Positions 48,540-58,881 of a stretch of 64,000 nt of DNA are shown piece by piece. The notes under the pieces are model-generated. The model was not told where the DNA came from. It worked only from the letters and a program-made list of their open reading frames with translations, and made no database searches. The number at the start of each line of letters is the position of its first letter. Position 1 is the stretch's first letter. Both the position numbers and the translations under genes were made by a program. This DNA comes from Hormiphora californensis (Eukaryota > Animalia > Ctenophora), in assembly GCA_020137815.1 (NCBI GenBank), contig CM035351.1:4712001-4776000 (forward strand). Direction: 5' to 3'.

Positions 48540-49015
48540 ACACTGGCTGTACTTCTATAAGTGAAGCCCAACACACTCCACTACACCATGCCATACCGAC
48601 TGTACTTCTATAAGTAAAGCCCAACACACTCCACTGCACCACACCATACTGGCTGTACTTCTATAAGTAGAGCCCAACACACTCCACTACACTACACCAT
48701 ACTGGCTTCACTTCTTTAAGTAAAGCCCAACACACTCCTCTGCACTACACCATACTGGCTGTACTTCTATAAGTAAAGCCCAACACACTCCACTGCACCA
48801 CACTATACTGGCTGTACTTCTATAAGTAGAGCCCAACACACTCCACTGCACTACACCATACTGGCTGCACTTCTATAAGTAAAGCCCAACACACTCCACT
48901 GCACTACACCATACTGGCTGCACTTCTATAAGTAAAGCCCAACACACTCCACTGCACTACACCATACTGGCTGCACTTCTATAAGTAAAGCCCAACACGC
49001 TCCACTGCACAACAC
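48540..49015. repeat. About 53-bp tandem repeat, about 9 copies
   Basis: CTGGCTGTACTTCTATAAGTAAAGCCCAACACACTCCACTGCACTACACCATA units. Confidence 0.92.
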
Positions 49016-49143
49016 CTCACTGCAACCCTTCCACCCCCATACCCCAATTTTGGCGTCCATTTATAATTTATATTTCCCCCCTTTTTTTACCCCTTTTTTT
49101 TTTTTTTGTTGTCTTTTTTTTTTTGGATCTTTTCTGCTTTACT

Positions 49144-49198
<55 letters not shown>

Positions 49199-49432
49199 TT
49201 GATTTTTTAACCCAGGCTCTTTTTTTTACCGAGTTCTGGGGATCCGTCACATAAAAAGAATAAGTATTAAATATAAATTAGTAAGAAAGACCAGTTTAGA
49301 AAGCGTGAGTGAAAAGAGTACTGGTCGTTCTAACTTCACGGTTTCACACTCTAATTCAGGATCCTCAACTCGCTCTCATCTCTCTACCACAATTCTCGTA
49401 GTATACAATATTGTCTTCACACATTGTTTTTT

Positions 49433-49579
49433 TTAACACTCGTATGCCTTCCGGAAGAAGTGGGTTTTCAGGTTGGATTTGAATGATGTGATGGATGAGC
49501 TTTCCCGAAGAGAAGAAGGTAAGCTATTCCATATTTCCGGAGCAGCGACACTAAACGCACCTTTACTCGAAGTTAATCG
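49433..49579 (-). mobile_element. 3' end of a CR1/L2-group LINE ORF2 (5'-truncated remnant)
   Basis: Translates to GAFSVAAPEIWNSLPSSLRESSSITSFKSNLKTHFFRKAYEC*, typical of CR1/L2 ORF2 C-termini. Confidence 0.85.
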
Positions 49580-50257
49580 CGATGAGTCTCATTCACATTG
49601 GGTTCGATCATTTGCCCCCGGTGTTGGGGTTAGTAATAAATAAATCTTAAAATCACTCACTCAAAATTCAAATAAACAATCAACGGACCAACCAAACGGA
49701 GAACTGAGAAGTTGGTCGACAAATTTTAAAAAGTGTGAGTAGAGTTTGGCGGCGGGGGATCTAAAAAATATCAAGTGGCGCGCGCGATTTGTTTGCGCTG
49801 CATTCTTGAGGCGCGCAATTTCTAAACAAATAAAATTTATCCACAAAACACAAATCTGGGCTCAAAATTTTTGTGCTCTTTTTTTTAAGTTTTTTCTTTT
49901 TAGTTTCCTGTTTCTGCTGTCTCCAGCGCTCTCAGACAGTTAAAATCATCGCCAAAACGTCAAAATCGCAGCTTCTTGACCGTACACACGTGTCCTGCTT
50001 GTGGGGGCTTCACCCCCATGCTCCTAACTGTGGCCGCTCCCAGGCGCACAGCGACACGCTGGGCTGAGGGCTCTGCCCTGTTTTTTTTTATTATTCGAAG
50101 TATCTATGGACTATGATCATGATACTCCAGGGGTCGGAGTTCTTCCATCCTGCCTTATTAATTAACCAAAACTGTCACGTGGACAGGCATTTTGTTCTAT
50201 CCTAACTAACCCAGTCCTACAGTTTTAATTAGGATAGTTTCTTGGAGGCCAATGTAA

Positions 50258-51771
50258 ATGTTTGGTTGTCTGGTACTACTGCTCGTGGTGGTGCCAGCCC
50301 ATGCTGCCAGTCAGTGTGCACCAACAGTTGAGAAGAGGACTCTACTGAGACCCCGGGCTAGTGTCGCTCAAGATGGCGTGGAATACCTGGGGTTCTCAAA
50401 CCAGCCATCGATGGACTACTGTCACAAAGGTACACAAAGAATTTGATATGACTTTAAAATCTATCGTCATCATCACCCCGAAAGAGTCCTAACCTGACCC
50501 ACTTTTCAGGATGTTGCTCAGTAGCCAAGTGTGACACCTCATTTTACACCGGACACACACTAGACGAGAACGGGCACAACTGTTTTTATTTTGAGTGTCA
50601 TGGAAAGTGTGTCACCGCAACTGTTGGAGGATCATCGGGTGACAACTTTTCTGTCGCTAAATCAACTGCCACAAGCACACAGGAACTGCCTGAGTTTCCT
50701 AGCTTTATTAGCCCGCCACCCAGTAATGAGACTGTATTAGTAGATACAACCATGAACAGTAAGTTACATGTCCAATTTTAGATAATTAGTTTGTGATTGT
50801 CAGCCAAATCTTGTTCTGTCATGAGAAATGTCAGTTAAATATCGATTAGATAACATCACCACATTCTCCTTACAGACACAGCACCACACGTTGAGAAGGT
50901 ACAGACGAACACCACTGTAGAGATCAAAACGACCGTTGAAACAGTTGAGGAGAAGAAAGAGACCCCTGTGAAGGAGAACATTGTCAGTCCGACATCTGGT
51001 GCAGACAAAGAGGAAAATGAGGTGAAAGTGCTGAAACAGAAAGTGACCTCGCAACCCCTGAATAAGGTGGTGGAAATCTCAACCGAAGAGACCAAACCAG
51101 AGGAAACAAAGAAGGAGGGGGATGTTGCCAATGTGGATGAAAAGGAAGAAGAGAAACCCGTTATAAAGGAAGAGAAAGAACAGGAGACTACTACAAAGGA
51201 GGGTGAATCAACTAAACAAACAGAGAAGGCCGATATACCAGTTGAGAAGGCAAATGTTCCAGTTGTAACGGTAGCTCAGACACCTGCACCACCCCCAGTT
51301 GTAGAGGTTGTGGATGAGACGGAGGGTGCCCCTGTTGTTGTTCCTAAACCGGAGGGTAAAGTTGTGGGTAATACCACTGTTAAAGATGACACTCTGACTC
51401 TCCTCCTTCCTCCAAATGAGTAAGTCCTAAAATTGCAAACCTAAATCCGAGTATTTCCGGTGAAAGAATTAGCGAGTTTTTTATCAACTGTCTGTTTTAT
51501 TTTGAATATCTCTAATTCCAATCTTCCCCACTCTAGAGACACCCCACCGGAGGAGACAGTCCACATCGATTCCGCAGTTATCATCGAGACTGGAGAGAAT
51601 GAGGACGGTAGTTGGAGGGATGTGGTGTTATTCTGGGGTGGGGTGACGGTGGGCAGTTTGTTGGTCCTGGTGGGTCTTCTTGGCATTGTCAAAATGTACA
51701 GACGAAGGGGTCGGAGATTGTACGCCTCCCTCACAGATGATTACCTAATTAATGGAATGTATAGCATCTAA
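50258..51771 (+). CDS. MANSC-domain type I membrane protein (MANSC1/C11orf24-like); exons 50258-50429, 50510-50758, 50876-51419, 51536-51771 (approx.)
   Basis: Signal peptide; Cys pattern C..CHKGCC...C...NCFYFEC..KC; Glu/Thr stalk; TM; C-terminal DYLINGMY motif. Confidence 0.85.
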
Positions 51772-52397
51772 AGAGGGATGTATTGCAGAATGTACATAGC
51801 ATCTAAAGATCATGCGGGTGCAGTATTGCAGATTCGATCGTAGGGAAAATGAACATTGAGTGTCGCTGTGTGTACCAACTCTCTATGAGATATGTGTGAT
51901 GCTTTTGAGTGTGTACAAGTGAGCGAAGTGTATGACTAAAGTGTGAATAAGCAGAGCATGTGTGAACTTTGTGTGTGAATGTGTGAATTATGTGTGATCT
52001 TCAGAAACGGTGGTGGTTGATTAAAAACTCCGGTGTGTATTTATTATCTCATAACACTACGTCTCTCCTTTGGTAATGAAATTACCCCTCCGGGCGAGTA
52101 AATGGGTGAATTCGTAACCCAAACTCTCGCAAAGAACTTCTTGTTGTGTTTTGCTGGAAAAAAAAGTATTTGATGTGTGTCTTTTTTGCGTAATGTTTAC
52201 CCCAATAATAATATCTTGGACAGAGTAATAATAATTTGAACAGAGTAATAATAATAATATATTGCATGTGCGGAAGATTGTAATTGATTTCATTTAAATT
52301 TTCTTCTCCTCTCTAAAAATTCAGTAGTTTTGGCTCTCATCCAAATTGTATCTGTTTCGTTTCCTACTTCCCCCTAATTTCTCTCAGTTGAGAAGAG

Positions 52398-55300
52398 ATG
52401 GCTCCTGATCCACTGAGAAGTAAGATAGTAAAAACCTTCAGACTCCACGGCCTATCTTTACGGAGTGAGGGCAGCACTTATCTCCAGGTATTGGCCAAGG
52501 GACTGTATTGTTCTGAAAATTCCATGTTTTCTCTCTTGTAATCTCATCTTTTTTTTCTGAGGTATTTTCTTTCTTAATTTCACCTCCCCGTCAGTCGTTA
52601 CTCCGTGAGGCGGATGGATCGGAGGTGGATGAGGCGCTATCTAAGATAATCGACACGCTGAGTAACCTGAACCTGCCCTCTCCCGTAGTAGACAGGGGTA
52701 CCCTAGAGAGCGCTGTGTCAGAGTGTAACGATGCAACTGAACCTGACGCCTCCACTGACAAGGTTGGATATATAGTTGCTCGGCCTTGTTAATAGAGGGT
52801 TACAACATAACAAGTTGGATGATATAATGTGTCTTTGTGCTCTCTTGACTCTTGAGAAAGAATTAGTTTGAAAGAAAACACATTACTTATTTTATTTTTT
52901 TAAGAAACTCGATCCTCATTGTCATGAAACACTTGTTTCAGAAAATTGGAAACTTCTCAACTTTCTAACTTTCTCTATTATCTCTAACAGGTGTTACATG
53001 TTATAAACGCATTTGACGTCCCCAAATTCAAGTATCACTGCGAGCGAAGGAAGTTCCTGCCTGACGGGGCTGCCTCTAAAACACTGTTTGGTGGGGCGGC
53101 TAATAAGATAAACGTAAGTAAAAGATGAACCCCAGAAACTGTTTCGCTAAACTATTATAGCTCCTTATAACAGAGCATCATAGCTATTAGCTCCTCTCTC
53201 TCTGCTCTGATCGTTATGAATATCAACCACTCACAACCCCCCATGTTGTAGGTGTGTAAGGAGAGATACTGGTTGGTTTTACAACGAACCCAACGGCACT
53301 CCCTGTTCACTCCCGCTGTAGCTGGGGCGATGAGTCAGGGCAACAAGTTCACCCTACAGACGGTGGAACAGGTGCTGGGCCAGCAGGGAACAAAGAATCA
53401 TACCATTGTGCTGGCAATGCTTGTACAGATCGAGGAGGGAAAGTGAGTGTGTGCCTTTAACCTCATTTTTCTTTATCTTTAACGATATATCACCTGACTC
53501 TTGGTAATGTAACATGGCTATCCCCCTCTGACGAGCGCCCCTCCAATCGATCGTATCAAACCTAACACCGGATTGGGAGCCAAAATAACTACTTTTGTCT
53601 TCAATGAAGTTCACCGCTCATGTACACTAGGATACAGTGATGTACTATTGTACTTGGTTTACACAGAGCTACTTTACACTATTAGATCTCTCGAGAAGGT
53701 TTTCAAAGTGAGATGAGTGAAGTTAACATCCCTAAAACACACTGACACCTAATTAATTAGTCTGAATTCTCCCCCTCCAGGTTCTATCTAGAGGACACCT
53801 CCACCCACATGAGATGTGACCTCAGCAAGACGAGGTTTCACCAGGGAATCTTCACTGAGTTCTCCTTCGTTCTAGCTGAGGGCATGTTTGATGAGACGGA
53901 CAGTGTTTTTAAGGTATATACTTAGCTTGAATTGTTCATGCTTGTTGTGGAACCCGGCAAGCAACTCAATAAATAGCGGGCCCAAATATAAGCTTTGTCA
54001 ACCGACATGCTATGCTAATATTGTTCAGATCATAACATTGTATTCAAAACAACTAGTACAGTTAATCCTAAAATTCACCCTCTAGGTATCAGGACTTGGT
54101 TTACCGCCCACTGAGCCAGCCTCGATAACCCGCAACTACTTCGGGAACACTAACTTCTTTGGAGGTCCATCTCCCAGTGCAGTTGGTAGTGTGGTACGAC
54201 TGAAGGAGATGGAGGTGGAGAAAAGTAACGCCATGTTCGTTATGATATCAGGTGAGTGGGGATGGCACAGTGTGTTAGTGTACCTTTTTATACATGATCT
54301 GTAGAATGGTAGAATGTAGAAGGTTGATCAATCTGAATTCTAAGCTGATGGATGTTATTAGGAGGATTTGTTTGTATGATCAGAGGGAAAGAGAGAGAGA
54401 GGGGAAAAATAATAACTGATGGCCACTTCATGAAGTTTGATGAATGACGTCATATATGACGTCACGAGCCATTTGTTTAAACTGTTTCACCATGCAACTA
54501 TCCTTTTATAATACCTTCTTAGAGTGGGTAGGATCCGTTTTCAAATAAAATACTCTGGTCTCTGAGGGATTTAAAAAACGTATTATGATTAGGATTTAGT
54601 AAAGTTATTGAGTATTTGTGGGTGCCCTTAGCCCTATGAGTTATACCATGACTAAAATATGCCTCAAATTGAGCAATTTTGCAGTTTATACCAAGTACGG
54701 TATAACTAACACTAGCCGGCAATCCCCTCTCGGAGAAGAATAATAAGTAGATTGAGAGTACATAATTTCACTGACGGTCAAACGGTTTTATAAAGGTCGA
54801 CAAAGTTCCCGATCCCCCATTTATCTTGGTAACGAAGTTACCCCTCCCTTGCCAGCGAGGGTTTGTTTAGTAACCAACCATTTATCCAATATCTTTTCAG
54901 ATGTGTGGTTGGACCAGCCTCAAGTGCTTAGCGAAACTTAAGACAATGTTCACAGGGTACAGTAAGTTCCCGCCCACTGCATTTGTATTCTTTGGCAACT
55001 TCCTCTCTGCCGTACAATGTGAAGGACACTGCTCAGAAGGTAATTTCAATTAGACCTTTTGGGTAGTTAATTAGGTACTTGCTTAGTTGTGGACTAGTAG
55101 TTAATGGGTCTACCGTGTTTAATCAAGTATTCAGTCAAAGAAATGAATATCATACTGAATGACAATTATGCATGATGCATTACTCATACAGTAATAATTT
55201 GATATTATACATGATGGATGCGTCAAGCATAAAGCTTGTTTGTAGAGTGTAGACAGTTGAGTAGACACAGACAGGTATACATGAGACTGCTTTGTTACAC

Positions 55301-55986
55301 TACTACTAACAGTGTTGAGTGTGTAAGTGTAGGCTGTACATTGTTCTCATTACTCAGCACTACTTGGAACAATTGATATACACAATGTGATCTAACCCCT
55401 CCCATTCTTTATTCAGATGAAAGCAGGATTCAAGGCGCTCTCTGACATCCTTGCTCTGTTTCCCATCCTCTGCTCAGACTCCCAATTCCTCCTAATCCCC
55501 GGACCTCAAGATCTGGCACCGGCCCAAATCCTCCCTCGACCATCCTTCCCGGGATCCCTTGTCGAGCCCCTCTCCCGCCGTCTCTCCTCCCTTCACCTTT
55601 GCTCCAATCCCGTCCGAGTGGCCTACTGTTCCCAAGAAATGGTGTTCTTCCGGGATAACCTCGTAAATAAAATGTGTCGACATTGTATAAAGTTCCCAAC
55701 GCGAGATGAGGAAGTCCAGGTGCACCTTGCTAAAACTCTCCTATCTCAAGGACACTTGTCACCCCTGCCCCTTCATGTCAGCCCTATATACTGGTCACAC
55801 GACAGCGCCCTCCGGCTGTACCCCATACCCGATGTGCTGGTATGTGCGGATCAGTACGATGCCTATAGTGTGTCAGCAGTAGATTGTACTGTGGTAAATC
55901 CGGGAAGTTTTCCTAAGAGTGGATTCAGCTTCAAGGTGTATCTGCCCGCTCAGAGAAAGGTGGAGAATTGTGAAATTTCGAACTGA
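52398..55986 (+). CDS. POLE2: DNA polymerase epsilon subunit 2; exons 52398-52487, 52595-52762, 52991-53113, 53252-53443, 53781-53913, 54086-54251, 54901-55039, 55417-55986 (apparent 1-nt insertion near 54928)
   Basis: FRLHGL, NAFDVPKF, YFGNTNFFGGP, SDVWLD, PGPQD...ILPRP, SNPVR, SQGHLSPLP, PIYWSHDSALRLYPIPD, NPGSF. Confidence 0.95.
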
Positions 55987-56245
55987 AGTGTGTGTGACAG
56001 TGAATTGAGATAATATTTTAATTATTTGTAATTACCAGATTTTTAATTATTATTTACCATTTTTAAGCATTTTGTTTACCTGTTTTACACCCGATCCTCT
56101 AGCACCACTGTATAATATGACCCCTACCTATTTCTCTAAACTCTTTGCCTCGCCCGACTAGACCCTCTTTCCGTGCGCTCCTTCCGCAGCAATGTAAAGA
56201 GAACATAGAATCTAACAAATATCTCTCTCCCCTCTCAGGGCCATC

Positions 56246-57895
56246 ATGACTGCAGCGGGGGGTTTAACAAAAGCCGAGGAACACTTCATCTCCTTCGCCA
56301 AGAGGCTAGCACACAATGACAAGAAGGTCCGATCTACGTCCTTTAAGAAACTCCGAAAGTGGCTGGTCACCAGATGTAAGGAGGTGAAATTGGAACACAA
56401 GGAATGGCTGACGACCTGGAAGGGGCTATATTTCTCAATGTGGTACAGTGACAAACCCCTGCTACAGGAGGCCCTAGCCGCTGACATTGCTTCTGTTATG
56501 GCGCTTCTCCCGGCCCCCCGGGACGCTATGGGGTTCCTAGCCGGGTTCTGTGATACCCTGGGGAGAGAGTGGCACACCATAGACAGATTGAGACTGGACA
56601 AATATTACATGTTTCTGAAGACCATGTTAAAGAGTGTTTTTGGGTTTTGTACCACGGAGGACCTGGCCCAAGATGCTGCCGCTGTTCTGGATAAATACAT
56701 CATCAACAGTACCACATGCCCAGATTCCATTGCGGTGTACATTGCTGAACACATGTATACTATACACAGTGAGATACCCAATGAGGACCTCATTTGTGGG
56801 CTCCTTGCCAGCTTTTCAACTCTCCTATCCTCAACAAGGAAGAGGGACTTGTCCAGGGTGTTACAAGATAACGTGTTTAAACCAATTGTTAAGGTAGAGG
56901 TTGTCGGACCTTTCGGGAGTTTGGTGACGCATCTGAAACAGCTGGCTGTCCAGCAGGAGATATTGACACGAAACAGGAAGGTGTTGTACCGACTTATCCA
57001 GCAGATACCCAACGTTGAGTTGGAGGAGGATGGTAATGGGGAGGAGGAGGAGAAGGAGACCAATGGAAGCGAGGAAGTGGAAATGGCTGAGGGAGAGGAG
57101 GAGGAGCTAGAGGAGGAGGAGGTAATGGAGGGGGAGGAGGAGGATGGTGGCGCTGAGGAGGTGTCTGAAACTGAAGAAGTGGCTGAAACTGAGGAGACAG
57201 AGGAGGTGGCTGAAGAATCGGCCGAGGAAGTGGAAGAAGAAGCGGCTGAAGAGGTGGCTGAAGAAACAGCTGAAGAAGCGGCTGAAGAAGTGGCTGAAGA
57301 AGTGGCTGAAGAAACAGCTGAAGAAACAGCTGAAGAAACAGCTGAAGAAGCGGCTCAAGAAGTGGCTGAGAATCAGAAAGAAGAAGATGTGGTAATGGAA
57401 GAGGAACAAGGGGAGAAAACAGTTCCTGAGGAGGGGGCTGAGAAGGAGACTGAACAATTATCAGAATCGCCTGTAGAGGAGGTGTCAAAACCAGAAACTA
57501 CACCAGAAGATACTGCCGAACCAGTTGAAACCACTGAGCCAGAAACGACTCCCGCTGAAGAGGAGGGTGTATCACCTGGTACAACGATAAAAATAGTCAA
57601 CACGAGTAGCAGGAAGAGGCGGAAAAAGTCGACTGTTGTTATTGATGGTACCCCTACTGCACCCGCTACACCTATCATGACAGACAGCCCTATCTCGACT
57701 CGGGCTGGCCGGGAGAAGAAAAAAGTTAGGTTATCCATGGAGAATAACCAGACTTTCTTTTTCAAGAAAAACTCTACTCTCGATAGCCCTAAACCTTTTG
57801 ATGGCTCCAAAACCCCCACTCGCAGTGCCCTGAAACTCTCCCCAGCCATCACCAGATCTCAATCTCGGAGAAAGAAAACGCAGAAGAGAACGTAG
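56246..57895 (+). CDS. RRP1: Ribosomal RNA processing protein 1 (Nop52 domain) with Glu-rich repeats
   Basis: FAKRLAHNDKKVR, WKGLYFSMWYSDKPLLQE, REWHTIDRLRLDKYY; single-exon 549-aa ORF. Confidence 0.93.
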   Translation: MTAAGGLTKAEEHFISFAKRLAHNDKKVRSTSFKKLRKWLVTRCKEVKLEHKEWLTTWKGLYFSMWYSDKPLLQEALAADIASVMALLPAPRDAMGFLAGFCDTLGREWHTIDRLRLDKYYMFLKTMLKSVFGFCTTEDLAQDAAAVLDKYIINSTTCPDSIAVYIAEHMYTIHSEIPNEDLICGLLASFSTLLSSTRKRDLSRVLQDNVFKPIVKVEVVGPFGSLVTHLKQLAVQQEILTRNRKVLYRLIQQIPNVELEEDGNGEEEEKETNGSEEVEMAEGEEEELEEEEVMEGEEEDGGAEEVSETEEVAETEETEEVAEESAEEVEEEAAEEVAEETAEEAAEEVAEEVAEETAEETAEETAEEAAQEVAENQKEEDVVMEEEQGEKTVPEEGAEKETEQLSESPVEEVSKPETTPEDTAEPVETTEPETTPAEEEGVSPGTTIKIVNTSSRKRRKKSTVVIDGTPTAPATPIMTDSPISTRAGREKKKVRLSMENNQTFFFKKNSTLDSPKPFDGSKTPTRSALKLSPAITRSQSRRKKTQKRT

Positions 57896-58881
57896 TTATT
57901 GGGACTCATTTTTAAAGCAATTTTATTTACTAGGGTTATTTTTTGATGCCGAACCACCGATGCAGACAAAAGTCGAACATTTAAATCTGGTCACGATGAT
58001 TTATTGGTTTGGAATCGTATCAGTACTAATTTATTCCCTTTTATTAACCCAATGCGTATCAGTTAGTTGTTAATCCCAACTCTACAAAAACCACGTCTTC
58101 AGCAGCTCCAATCCCGCCCAGTTTTGTTGCGGGACAAAATAGCAATATTACCACCGCAACTAGCACACATTGGTGTTGGATTGTAATGGTTGTGGCGCGA
58201 GTGAACGGGTATTGAGCCGCGCACCAAACATGAATCTCCCGTCACGGAATTGAACGAAGGTGTGGTCATATAATTGATCAATTAAGGCGTAATTACTACT
58301 TTGGTCGTCCAACTTCACACAACACTGGTTCAGTGGTTTGGTATAAACTGTTCGGGTCATTCTGTATTCAGACTGGGTTGCCTGGCTCCGGAACACGGAA
58401 GGGCGCGACGTGCCAAACAGGCTGTGTCACTCAGGTTCATAGCGAATTGAAAAGTCAGGTTTTCATAGACTTCGAAACACATTAAACTGTATCAAACACA
58501 GACACACCTATCATTGTCGTGCTGTGAACCTCGTATTACATTACAACACAAACAATCCAAAATACAGTAGTACACCTGCCCTTACAGTACATTACATTTC
58601 AAGTTCTCTCTCACAGACAAAAAGACAGATATAAAGAGACCAAACTGTCCTATTGTCACATGTAGTCAGGAATTAAATAATCTCACTAACAACCAAGACC
58701 TGCCGATCCTCCTATTACAATTATATCTAGATAACACAACATAATCAGAACCCACATATATAATTCTCACTGTCTTCCTCTCTTTCTCTCTTGGGGGCGA
58801 TATCAGTCCCCAGCAGATGACAATCCGTACACACCCACCCCGGGCATATTTGTATCTCTACTCTCTCTCTCTCTCTCTCTC

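Noticed and set aside
47672-48540. Coding-like fragments on both strands
   Set aside because: Short, interrupted by stops, with no recognisable motif or splice model
48540-49015. CRISPR-like array
   Set aside because: Head-to-tail units with no unique spacers, eukaryotic context, and no cas genes
54925-54942. POLE2 as a pseudogene (frameshift and TAA)
   Set aside because: A single extra base in an otherwise intact essential gene; most likely a sequencing error
58099-58396. Short minus-strand ORFs between RRP1 and OSBP
   Set aside because: No recognisable family, non-ATG starts; plausibly UTR or intergenic sequence
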